Source: a virus. From it: 46,647 nucleotides of DNA. Within the stretch, counting starts at the first letter, position 1; each line of letters starts with the position of its first letter. The notes under the pieces were generated by a model. The model had not been told where the DNA came from. It worked only from the letters and a program-made list of their open reading frames with translations, and did not search any database. The stretch covers positions 1 to 46,647 of the IMG/VR virus record IMGVR_UViG_3300010399_000049; one strand, given 5' to 3'. Shown here piece by piece: positions 1 through 8,007 of this stretch. A program made the translations under genes and the position numbers.

Positions 1-123
1 ATCGCCTTCGTCGTCGGCGCGTAGGCGGAAATCGTGCCGCTCGACGTCGTCGCGAAGAAGTACGTTTTGCTCGTCGGGCTCGAGAACAGCGCCGCCATGG
101 TGTTGAACGCGGCGGCCGAGCCG
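1..123. repeat. Terminal direct repeat copy 1 (exact 123 bp, identical to 46525..46647)
   Basis: Read directly: bases 1-123 recur verbatim at the window end. The repeat lies inside an open reading frame, so it marks circular closure or permutation. Confidence 0.97.
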
Positions 124-476
124 TCCCAGTTGGCCGGCGTCAGGTACGCGTAGAAGACCTGGGGATTCGCGGTGATCCAGGTCTGCAAGGCGGTGATGCC
201 GAGCGGCGCCGTGGATTGCGTGCCCAGCTCTAGCACGTAGACGCCGACCGCGTTCCCCTGCGCGAAGTACGTCGAGGCCATGTGGCCGAGTTCGACGTAG
301 TTCCCCGCCGTGCTGAGAAGGGCCGTCAGCTGCGCGAGTGTCGCGCAATACTGATAGGTGCCCGAGGACAACGTCGTGCCGCCTTCCGAAACGAGCGCCC
401 CGCTCTGCTGGAGCTGAGAGGGCGCCGGCGCGGCGGTGACGGTCGCGTTGACGGAGACGATCGTGCTGGTTGCCAT
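1..476 (-). CDS. Tail sheath-like protein (DUF3383-type by recollection), N-terminal part; same gene as 45918..46647
   Basis: ATG at 476 is preceded by GAGAAGGGG. The frame is open to base 1 and in frame (476-98=378) with the ORF-track Met at 46622 through the overlap. The joined ORF is 361 codons and lies immediately upstream of the tube-like gene. N-terminus IVSVNATV...YFAQGN..VYVLELG fits this family. Confidence 0.6.
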   Translation of the reverse strand, partial: MATSTIVSVNATVTAAPAPSQLQQSGALVSEGGTTLSSGTYQYCATLAQLTALLSTAGNYVELGHMASTYFAQGNAVGVYVLELGTQSTAPLGITALQTWITANPQVFYAYLTPANWDGSAAAFNTMAALFSSPTSKTYFFATTSSGTISAYAPTTKA

Positions 477-509
477 GGGTTCTAGCCCCTTCTCAAGACG
501 GCTGGTTTT

Positions 510-1082
510 TTAGACGGCCGGCACTTCGAGCCACGTGAACGACCCGAAGAACGACGACGCCGTTCCGGCCGCTGACGAGGTGAAGCAGGCGAAACCGCCC
601 GGGGGCAGGACGATGGCGCCCTGCAGGTCCAGGCCGATCGGGGTGCTGTCGACTTCGGTGGTCTCGGCGCCCGTGTTGACGGTGCCGAGGATTTTCGCCA
701 GGTACGGCGCGACGGGCAACGTGATGGCCGCCGAGGAGTAGAGCTTGCCGGCCGCGGTCGACGCCGAGCCCGGGTTCGCGTTGACCGACGGGACCGCCGT
801 CAGCGTGCCGGCGAGCGGGGTGGCCGAGACGCCGATGCCCAGGCCGATCGCCGCGGCGTTCGTCTGCGCGACCACGAACGAGGCTTGCGCGCGCTGGATG
901 ACGAGGTTCACCGTGCTCGCGATCGGGTTCGCGAGGACCAGGCCGCCCGTGTGGGCGGTGACGAGGCCGGCCGCGAGAGCCGTCGCGACGACGGCCTGAT
1001 TGCCGCCGTGGTAGAGATTTCCCTGGATGGCGGTCGCGTAGTATTGACCGCTGCCCGTGCTCGGCCCAAAGTTCTGCGGCAT
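510..1082 (-). CDS. Hypothetical virion protein (last gene before sheath)
   Basis: ORF-track ORF with a strong RBS (GAGGGAG, 6 nt before the ATG). Ala/Thr/Gly-rich. The C-terminal PPGG-containing stretch resembles that of the 2539..2940 product. Confidence 0.6.
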   Translation of the reverse strand: MPQNFGPSTGSGQYYATAIQGNLYHGGNQAVVATALAAGLVTAHTGGLVLANPIASTVNLVIQRAQASFVVAQTNAAAIGLGIGVSATPLAGTLTAVPSVNANPGSASTAAGKLYSSAAITLPVAPYLAKILGTVNTGAETTEVDSTPIGLDLQGAIVLPPGGFACFTSSAAGTASSFFGSFTWLEVPAV

Positions 1083-1171
1083 CGTCTACTCCCTCAAAAA
1101 GGATTCGGGGGTCATGTTGCCCCCTGGGTTCGGCAGGTTGGTCCTAAGACCCCTGCGGAGAGCCTAGAAGG

Positions 1172-2548
1172 CTAGTAGCTGGAGGGGTGACATTCCGGCC
1201 AGAACTCGACCGTCGTCGCGGTTGAGATGGCGGTCAACGGCGTGAACTGATACGTCACGGACGTTCCGGAAATCGAGCCCGCCGCGGTCGCGATAGAGAC
1301 GTTCCAGGCGACGGTCGCGTTATTGTCGTCCCTCATCATACCGCCAGGGCAGACGGGCTGGTTGAGACCGCCGGCCGTGTTGTGGAAAGCGTGCCCGAAG
1401 GTCCAGGTCATCGTCATACAGGGGACGAGCGCAGCGCACGTATTGGGCGAGTTGAACTGGAAATATTTCGTATCCCACGGCTCGTAAATATGGTGGTCGT
1501 GTGTCAGCACCATCGGCTCATCATCCACGCACGACCCGCTATCGTCCGAGGTATGGAACGTGATGCCGCCGCCGGGGTGTGACGTATTCCCAACCGTGAT
1601 GAAGTTGATGATGCCGATCGTCGCTCCGCCGCAATTGCCGGATGGCGTCTTTCCCGAGATAACGCCCACGCTGGTCAGCGTCGGGATTCCGGTATTATCG
1701 TTGTTAAGGTTGATAGCCGAAGCGCCGAGCGTATCGAGCGACATGATGGCGATTCCGCTTCCCGTTGCGGTCCCCTGAAACGTCGCGTTCGTGTTCGCGG
1801 CCGGTTGCGACTTGATGGTGCCCGCGGCCGTCAGCGTGGTCACGCCGGGCGTGTTGGAGAGCGTGATGGTCGGCGTCGGGCCGGTGCTGGTCGAGCAGAC
1901 GATGTTCGACGAGCACGCGACGCTCGTGACCGGGAGGGTGACGAGCGCGGCGTTCGGGACGGTGCCGGACGTCAGTCCAGCACCGCTCCCGGTGAACGAA
2001 GCAGCCGAGACCGTACCCGAGAACGTCGGTGCGCCAGCAACCGCGAACGAGTACGGGAAGGATCCGGTGATGACCATGTTCGAGCCGGCCGTCGGCGACG
2101 GCGTCGCCTGCGGTTGCGGGAGCACGTAGGCCACCGCGCTACTGCAGACGCCGCTGACCGTGGCGCTGCCCGAGGAGTACGAGGTGTCGGCGACCTTGAC
2201 GTAGAGGTTCGATCCGAGGTTGACCGTCAACGAGCCCGAGTTGGTGATCGTGTTCGTGTACGTCGCGACGCCGGGCGCGTAGGCCCAGGGCGGGTTCACG
2301 AAGGTCCCGGTCGAGGTTTGGCCGACCGTGACCGTAAAGGTCGCGGTCGCGCCGGCCGGGACGTTCAGTTGGAACGTGCTCTGGCCGCTGTTGCAGGACC
2401 AGACATGGCTTTGGCTTCCGGCCGTGAACGCGAACGTCGACGGGCCGATGACGGCGCCGGCCGCGAACTGCGCCTGCGCGGGGGTGAACGCCGCGAACAG
2501 GAACGCGGCGAGCAGAAGCGCCACGAAGGCGGTTTTTTTCAGGACCAT
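1172..2548 (-). CDS. Exported Cys-rich Thr/Ser/Gly-rich protein with Sec-type signal peptide
   Basis: Start moved to ATG 2548, giving MVLKKTAFVALLLAAFLFAAFTPAQA/QF (KK n-region, long hydrophobic core, AQA cleavage motif). The ATG overlaps the upstream stop (ATGGTCCTGA). There are 10 Cys after the signal peptide. The ORF-track N-terminal extension is Arg/His junk. Confidence 0.7.
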   Translation of the reverse strand: MVLKKTAFVALLLAAFLFAAFTPAQAQFAAGAVIGPSTFAFTAGSQSHVWSCNSGQSTFQLNVPAGATATFTVTVGQTSTGTFVNPPWAYAPGVATYTNTITNSGSLTVNLGSNLYVKVADTSYSSGSATVSGVCSSAVAYVLPQPQATPSPTAGSNMVITGSFPYSFAVAGAPTFSGTVSAASFTGSGAGLTSGTVPNAALVTLPVTSVACSSNIVCSTSTGPTPTITLSNTPGVTTLTAAGTIKSQPAANTNATFQGTATGSGIAIMSLDTLGASAINLNNDNTGIPTLTSVGVISGKTPSGNCGGATIGIINFITVGNTSHPGGGITFHTSDDSGSCVDDEPMVLTHDHHIYEPWDTKYFQFNSPNTCAALVPCMTMTWTFGHAFHNTAGGLNQPVCPGGMMRDDNNATVAWNVSIATAAGSISGTSVTYQFTPLTAISTATTVEFWPECHPSSY

Positions 2549-2940
2549 AGGATGAGGACCCCTTCCCCGGTCGGCGCGACCGAGCAGTTGATGGTGATGC
2601 CGTTGGTCATCGCGATCCCGCCCGGCGGCCACGTGACTTTATCGGCGAGATTCTGGACATTTGCGACCGATGTCCCCGTGCCGGCCGAGGCGTTGTCGTA
2701 GGCCGAGATGGTCGCGGCCTGCGCAGCTGTCTGGTCGAGATTGATGATCGCGGCGATGGTGCCCGGAGACGCCTTGATGACCGTGTCCCCGGAGGCGGTG
2801 ACGAGCGTATAGGTCCAGGGGACCACGACCATCGCTTGCAGATTCGAGGCCACGCCGTTCCACGACGCGACCGGCACGCAGCCGATGTTCTGCTTTACGC
2901 CGTTCGCGTCCCAGATTTGGACGTTGGTCTGGTCGGCCAT
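2539..2940 (-). CDS. Hypothetical virion protein (133 aa)
   Basis: ORF-track ORF, tightly packed in the late operon; its stop overlaps the next start. No recognisable motif. Confidence 0.55.
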   Translation of the reverse strand: MADQTNVQIWDANGVKQNIGCVPVASWNGVASNLQAMVVVPWTYTLVTASGDTVIKASPGTIAAIINLDQTAAQAATISAYDNASAGTGTSVANVQNLADKVTWPPGGIAMTNGITINCSVAPTGEGVLILWS

Positions 2941-2943
2941 GGT

Positions 2944-3351
2944 CTACTCCTCCGAGACGGTATAGGTGAAGCTGCTGATGGGGATGACGATGCCGTTGAT
3001 GATCGTCGTGGCGTTCAGGTTCAGCCCCGCGCCGCTCGTGCCAACGGTGATGTCCATCACGACGGTCGTCCCGTCGCTCTCGAGGATACGAGCGAACGTC
3101 GCCGTGCCGGTGGCGACCGCCGTTGCTGGCGCGATCGCGTTGGCCGTGATGACGCCGGCGACCGCCGAGCCCCACGCGGGATTCCCGAACGTGAACGTCG
3201 CGAGCAGCGTGTTCCCGCCGCCGATCGCCGTGTTGGCGGTCAGCGGTTGCGGGCCGGAATAGACCTTCATCGAGCCCGCGTTCATCAGCGCGGCCAGGGC
3301 GTTCGCCTCGGCGTTGGCGGCTGCGTCGCTCAGGTTGGCAGTTTGGCTCAC
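2944..3351 (-). CDS. Hypothetical virion protein (135 aa)
   Basis: ORF-track ORF, 3 nt from the next gene. Ala/Thr/Gly-rich, beta-type composition. Confidence 0.55.
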   Translation of the reverse strand: MSQTANLSDAAANAEANALAALMNAGSMKVYSGPQPLTANTAIGGGNTLLATFTFGNPAWGSAVAGVITANAIAPATAVATGTATFARILESDGTTVVMDITVGTSGAGLNLNATTIINGIVIPISSFTYTVSEE

Positions 3352-3378
3352 GATGTTCCCTTCAAGAAAGCGGGTGGG

Positions 3379-4416
3379 TTATCCGGGCACCGTGCCGGTC
3401 GCGTTCGCAATCTGCGGGGCCTGAACGGCCGCGGCCTGCCCGAAGCGAGAGGTTCCGCCCAGGATGGTGATGCCCCCGAGCAGCGCCGAGAGGATGAGCC
3501 GGCGCGCGGCCGCGTCGGCGGCGCCCTGGTAGTAGTTCGCCGAGATGCCGATGGTCTTTTTCTGGGCCAGCGAGGCGATTTCGCGCTGCGTGCGCTTCGC
3601 ATCCTGAATCGCCGGCGAGTTCGCGAACCCGAAGGACTCGTCGACCACCGACGTCTCGACCAGGGACGAGAAGAACTGGACCGCCATCTGGTTCGTGAAT
3701 CCGTAGAGCGTCAGCTGGACCTCGTCGCGCATCAACTGCGAGGACGCAAGGGCGTGGAGCGGCGCCGCGCCCGAATCCGGGATGATGGTCCCCGGCCACG
3801 GCCCGAGCACCGGGAAGGCCCCCAGCGTCTCGGTGCGCTCGACGTGCGCGACGATGTAGGGCGGCCGGATATTGTCGGGCACCAGGAACGACGGATAGAC
3901 CGGAGCCATCGCGTTCTGGGCCAGCCAGATGGGCAGGCTGTTCGAGACGATAGGGCCCTCGGGAACGTCGGCCGCGCTCGCGACGATTTGCGTGCTCATC
4001 GCCGGATAGACCGCGAACCCGGAGTAGTGCCAAATCTGGGCCTGGTCGTAGAAGCCGCCGCGCTGGCCGAAGACCACCTGGAGCGTGCCGCCGTCGACCG
4101 GCCAGGTCCCAATCCACATCGAATCCGGGGCGGTCTCGTTGAAGGCCGTCACCTCTTGCTCGGCGGTCAGGATGACCTGGTTCGCCGCGAGCGTCTCGTC
4201 CTCGGACTGGTTCCGGTCGGTCGCGTAGTGCAACGAGCCCTTCACCGTCAGCGTCGCTGTCGTCGCTATCCAGAAGACCGACGAGTCGGGCCAGAGCACG
4301 AACTTCGTGTAGCGCGTGAAGACGACTTCCTCGTCCTGGGAAATCTGCTCGATGCCGGCGTCGAGCGTCGCCTGGATCGCCTTCTGGTTCCCCAGCGACT
4401 CGCGAGCCGTGGGCAT
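3379..4416 (-). CDS. Hypothetical virion protein (345 aa, neck/tail region)
   Basis: ORF-track ORF; its ATG shares one base with the upstream stop (TAATG). Sits between the tail-completion-like gene and the sheath. Confidence 0.6.
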   Translation of the reverse strand: MPTARESLGNQKAIQATLDAGIEQISQDEEVVFTRYTKFVLWPDSSVFWIATTATLTVKGSLHYATDRNQSEDETLAANQVILTAEQEVTAFNETAPDSMWIGTWPVDGGTLQVVFGQRGGFYDQAQIWHYSGFAVYPAMSTQIVASAADVPEGPIVSNSLPIWLAQNAMAPVYPSFLVPDNIRPPYIVAHVERTETLGAFPVLGPWPGTIIPDSGAAPLHALASSQLMRDEVQLTLYGFTNQMAVQFFSSLVETSVVDESFGFANSPAIQDAKRTQREIASLAQKKTIGISANYYQGAADAAARRLILSALLGGITILGGTSRFGQAAAVQAPQIANATGTVPG

Positions 4417-4874
4417 TAGAGCGACACCACGGCGCGGAAGGAGATGCGATAGAGCCCGGTATCCACGAACGCGGGACGGCTCGGGTTCTTGCCGGCGTAG
4501 GGATGCTTCTTGCGGTGGCTGATGCCGCGGTCGGCCGACTTCGAGATGGGCGCGCCGGTCGTCAACTTCGAGATGATGTTCATCTCGTTGGAGTCCAGGA
4601 ACGCGCGGAACTCGGCCTCGATGCGCTGCTCGGCCTCGAACGTCGGGCTCGAGCCGCCGCGATGGCCGGCGACGCGCGCCTCGATGGCGTGCGCCAGGCT
4701 ATCGGCCAGGAGATCGGCGATTTTCTTCTGGCGGCGATCGAAGAAGGTCTGCATCACCGAATAGGTCTTCTCGAGCACCTCGGCGACTTCGCCCGTGGTC
4801 GCGCGCTTCGTGCTCCCGTTCGGTTCGGTCTGGGTATACGCGACGTCGACGACCCCAAGGATGAGGGTCGCCAT
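4416..4874 (-). CDS. Tail completion / HK97 gp10-like protein (candidate)
   Basis: Start set at ATG 4874, which shares an A with the HNH stop (TGATG). The C-terminal ...NPSRPAFVDTGLYRISF resembles the gp10-like family, and the position fits. Confidence 0.45.
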   Translation of the reverse strand: MATLILGVVDVAYTQTEPNGSTKRATTGEVAEVLEKTYSVMQTFFDRRQKKIADLLADSLAHAIEARVAGHRGGSSPTFEAEQRIEAEFRAFLDSNEMNIISKLTTGAPISKSADRGISHRKKHPYAGKNPSRPAFVDTGLYRISFRAVVSL

Positions 4875-5308
4875 CAGGTTTTCCGCGACCTGCGACGCTG
4901 CTCTAGGCGATGACAATGACGGCACGAACGGTGCCCGCTCGGACGGACGTAGGTGTTGATCGCATCGAAAGCGTGGCCGTGCTTACACTTCGTCTTCTGG
5001 AAGTTTTCGGCCGAAATGGTTACCCCGCGCAAAGAATTCACGCGTTGCGTGACGGCCTCCAGATGCGCCGGGTTCACGCAGCCGCGATTTCGGCAGAGGT
5101 GGTCAATCTGCAGGCCCGCAGGGATTAGCCCCTTCGCAATCTCATACGAAACCCGGTGCGCCAGATGGGGGCGGCCAGCCCGGCCGCCAATGCCGAACTG
5201 ACCGTACCCAGACGCGTGCCGCGATGCGCGCCACTCCCAGCACCCGTCAGGAGACGTCTCGACCTTCTCCATGAACCGGCTGAACGTTTCGGCGGAATGG
5301 ATGCTCAC
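4874..5308 (-). CDS. HNH homing endonuclease (HNH_3-type)
   Basis: Motif GCWEW..SGYGQF..HRVSYE..GLQIDHLCRNRGCVNPAHLE, followed by a CxHxH..CRHC tail. The GTG start overlaps the upstream stop (GTGA). Confidence 0.85.
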   Translation of the reverse strand: MSIHSAETFSRFMEKVETSPDGCWEWRASRHASGYGQFGIGGRAGRPHLAHRVSYEIAKGLIPAGLQIDHLCRNRGCVNPAHLEAVTQRVNSLRGVTISAENFQKTKCKHGHAFDAINTYVRPSGHRSCRHCHRLEQRRRSRKT

Positions 5309-5769
5309 GTCAGCCCCACGATTGTTTCGCCGTAAGATTGCAAATACGAGAGGTATGCGCGTCCCCAGGGGGTTTTATAGAACTCCAGTTGCCCAACGGT
5401 CAGCCCATCTGCCCACCTGGGGGGGACGAGGGTCGCACTCGTGCCCTGGTCGGATGAGGCGGCGATCAGCCCAGTTGACGGAACGATGAGGCCGAATCCT
5501 GTCGGCCCATTTCCACGAGCGTCAGCGAAGTACGTCTGGCCGTTCTGGTCTGGGGTAATCATAAACAGGATCGCGGTGGCTCCGTTGTAGACCGCCAGCG
5601 AGTAGAGCACGCCGACCCCGGCCGCCGGCGTCAGTATCATCGCCTGGTCGAACGCGTACCCCGGCCACGGCGAATCCACGGGCAACGCTTCGACCGGAAT
5701 CTGGACCGATTCGGCCAGAAAGGTCTTGAAGTCCACGAGGCTCGGGGTGGCCGGGGTAACGAACGGCAT
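5305..5769 (-). CDS. Head-tail connector/adaptor candidate (154 aa)
   Basis: ORF-track ORF downstream of the capsid gene cluster. The call rests on position only. Confidence 0.45.
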   Translation of the reverse strand: MPFVTPATPSLVDFKTFLAESVQIPVEALPVDSPWPGYAFDQAMILTPAAGVGVLYSLAVYNGATAILFMITPDQNGQTYFADARGNGPTGFGLIVPSTGLIAASSDQGTSATLVPPRWADGLTVGQLEFYKTPWGRAYLSYLQSYGETIVGLT

Positions 5770-5772
5770 GGC

Positions 5773-6273
5773 CTAGCGCCGGCGCCGGGTGGTGGTCTCG
5801 CGCTTGCCGGCGGTCTTGCTCACGACGACCTCGGCGTCGACGCCGTTCTTCGCGTCCTTGCCCTGGTTGTCAAGCTGGACGACCTCAAGCGAGGTCGACT
5901 TCGTGACCGCGGCGAGCTGCTCGTCCTGCGGGAACTGCGCGAGGCCGGCGTTGGTCAGCATCTCGGCGGCGACCTCCTGGCGCGCGTCGACGTCCTTCTC
6001 GCGCGCCTCGTTGATTTTGTCGGACGAGATTTTGCGATCGACCGAGTAGACCAGCGAGCGCGGGATCGTGATGCTCTTGACGTCGGAGACCTGGACCGCG
6101 CCGAACCGCTCGAGCTGCTTGATGAGCGACTCGACCTCGAGGTCGTTCAGGTCCTCGGGGAACTTCTCCTGACGGCCGGCCTTGATTTCGAGGCGCCGGA
6201 ACGAGGGCATCTCGGGAAGGCGGTAGTTGAAGTCCATGTGCTGATACGTGCCATTTGCGACGAAGACGTTCAT
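5773..6273 (-). CDS. Hypothetical charged protein (166 aa)
   Basis: ORF-track ORF with RBS TAGGAG upstream of ATG 6273. Lys/Glu/Asp-rich. First gene after the capsid terminator. Confidence 0.55.
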   Translation of the reverse strand: MNVFVANGTYQHMDFNYRLPEMPSFRRLEIKAGRQEKFPEDLNDLEVESLIKQLERFGAVQVSDVKSITIPRSLVYSVDRKISSDKINEAREKDVDARQEVAAEMLTNAGLAQFPQDEQLAAVTKSTSLEVVQLDNQGKDAKNGVDAEVVVSKTAGKRETTTRRRR

Positions 6274-6305
6274 GTGCGACTAGCTCCTAGAAGTTGGTGC
6301 GCCGG

Positions 6306-6343
6306 GATAGAAAAAGGACCCGGCTTTGCGTGCCAGGTCCTTT
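6306..6343 (-). terminator. Rho-independent terminator after the major capsid gene
   Basis: The minus strand reads AAAGGACCUGGC-acgcaaa-GCCGGGUCCUUU followed by UUCUAUC: a 12-bp stem with one G-U, a 7-nt loop and a U tract. It begins 21 nt after the MCP stop. Confidence 0.7.
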
Positions 6344-6364
6344 CGGTCAGCGAGGAAGCCTGTC

Positions 6365-7381
6365 CTAGTAGGGCAGGCTCATCACGACGACGGCCTGGCC
6401 GCGCGGGGCCCAGCCGGACGTGGCGCGCAGCATGGAGACCACGTCGACGCCCTCGGGGATCGGCGTCGTGATTTCCATCGGAGCGGCCATGTCGGCGTAC
6501 TGCGCCGTCATGTGCGCCGTGGTCGGCTGGAGCGTACCGAAGACGTTCGTGTTGACGCCCGGCATCTTCGGCACGACCGCTTCCGGAACGACCATCAGCA
6601 GCGCGTCGGTCGAACCCGAGCCCTGGCCGATGAGCGTGTCGTCGTACGCCCATTCGACCTCGATACCGAACTCGGCCGCGATTTTCTCGACCACCTGGGC
6701 GGTCGTCGCCGTGCCGGCGCCGGGGCGCTGGTACGAGGTCGTCTGGACGATGTTCTGCATCTGCAGCTGACCGATGACGCGCTGGGGTCCGACGATGACG
6801 ACCCGGGTCGCGGCGCCCAGCATATACATACGCTGGAGCAGCGCCTGGATTTGCGAGAGCAGCCAGATCGCCATCTGGCCGTTGTCATACGTCCGGACGG
6901 TCGCGTTGCCGAACGAATCCGGCGGAAGCGTGACGGCCGTCGAGTTCGGCGTGTTGAGGAGGCCTTCGTTGTTCCCCGCGTTCACGCCGTACAGGTTGGC
7001 GTTGCGCAGGCCCAGGAAGATGCCCTGGCGCGCCGCGAGGCGGTAGGCCTCGGGCAACGGCACGTTCCACTCGGCCGCCTCGGCCACGTCCAGCTCGCTG
7101 TATTCGTTCCGGGTGCGGAACAGGTACGCCGCGGTCTGGACGAAGTCGCCGGTGATGGTCGCGCTCGGGAGCGCGTTGGCCGACGCCTGCTGAGTCGCGA
7201 TCGACGTGCGGAGATCGATGCGATTCTGGTAGACGAACTTCGTGATCTGGTCGAGCACGACGCGCAGCGCGCTTCCACCGAGGTCCTGCATGAACCCCGA
7301 GGCCTGAGCCATCGTAACGATGTTCTCGGGCTCGATGAAGTGCGGGCTGACGAGCGTGCGGGCGTTGAAGATGCTTGCCAC
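6365..7381 (-). CDS. Major capsid protein
   Basis: 338 aa, directly after the protease/scaffold block and followed by a strong terminator. Size and sequence style recall DUF2184-type HK97-fold capsid proteins (not searchable here). Confidence 0.65.
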   Translation of the reverse strand: MASIFNARTLVSPHFIEPENIVTMAQASGFMQDLGGSALRVVLDQITKFVYQNRIDLRTSIATQQASANALPSATITGDFVQTAAYLFRTRNEYSELDVAEAAEWNVPLPEAYRLAARQGIFLGLRNANLYGVNAGNNEGLLNTPNSTAVTLPPDSFGNATVRTYDNGQMAIWLLSQIQALLQRMYMLGAATRVVIVGPQRVIGQLQMQNIVQTTSYQRPGAGTATTAQVVEKIAAEFGIEVEWAYDDTLIGQGSGSTDALLMVVPEAVVPKMPGVNTNVFGTLQPTTAHMTAQYADMAAPMEITTPIPEGVDVVSMLRATSGWAPRGQAVVVMSLPY

Positions 7382-7391
7382 GTTCTACTCC

Positions 7392-7994
7392 CTAGATCCG
7401 CACGATTGCGGCGGCGCCGGTCGGGTTCCAGGTCGCGTTCGGCGAGCTGTACGAGACCGTCTTGCTGGTGATGCTGAGGGCCTCGAGTTGCACCGGGAGC
7501 GGGCCGTAGGTGCCGCTGCTCGAGTTCGTCAGGCAGAGGTTGACCGGATCCCAGTAGAGCGCGACGTTCGGCTCGGCGCCGACGAGCGCGTTCAGGACGG
7601 TCGTGTTGAGCACGGCCAGGCAGATTCGCAGGTTCGAACCCGGCCGCGCGAAGTTGATCGACATCCCGGACGCGTAGAGCGGGACGTTGGAGGTCGGCGT
7701 GATGATGCCGGCCGAGGCCTGATTGAACAGCGTCCAGGCGTTGATGGCCGAGAGGCTGCCCGCGGCCGAGAGCGCGGGGCCCTGGGCGTTGACGCCGACC
7801 GCCGGCACGGCCAGCGTGGCGGCGAGGCCGCCCCAGAGCGGTTGCGACTGAGCGTCCGCGACGTACCCGCCTTCGAGGTTGTAGCGGTTCGCCGGGTCAT
7901 CCAGGAACGTGCCCTGGACGTAGCCGTCGGTCGAGAGGACGAACCCATCCGGGATTCCGGTGGTCGTCATCGGGTTGAAAGAGACGTTCCCCAT
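7392..7994 (-). CDS. Hypothetical head protein (decoration or scaffold-associated candidate)
   Basis: ORF-track ORF between the protease/scaffold gene and the MCP. No motif. Confidence 0.5.
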   Translation of the reverse strand: MGNVSFNPMTTTGIPDGFVLSTDGYVQGTFLDDPANRYNLEGGYVADAQSQPLWGGLAATLAVPAVGVNAQGPALSAAGSLSAINAWTLFNQASAGIITPTSNVPLYASGMSINFARPGSNLRICLAVLNTTVLNALVGAEPNVALYWDPVNLCLTNSSSGTYGPLPVQLEALSITSKTVSYSSPNATWNPTGAAAIVRI

Positions 7995-8007
7995 TTTTCA
8001 GCCCTTC

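Noticed and set aside
1-123. The terminal repeat as a physical direct terminal repeat (T7-like) or as LTR/IS ends.
   Set aside because: It interrupts a continuous reading frame that closes perfectly across the junction, and there are no inverted ends or transposase. It is most simply an assembly overlap of a circular or permuted genome.
2549-2632. ORF-track N-terminal extension (MAAGRDRDDQRHHHQLLGRADRGRGPHP) of the exported protein.
   Set aside because: The extension is Arg/His/Asp junk overlapping the upstream gene. The internal ATG at 2548 gives a perfect signal peptide and a stop-start overlap.
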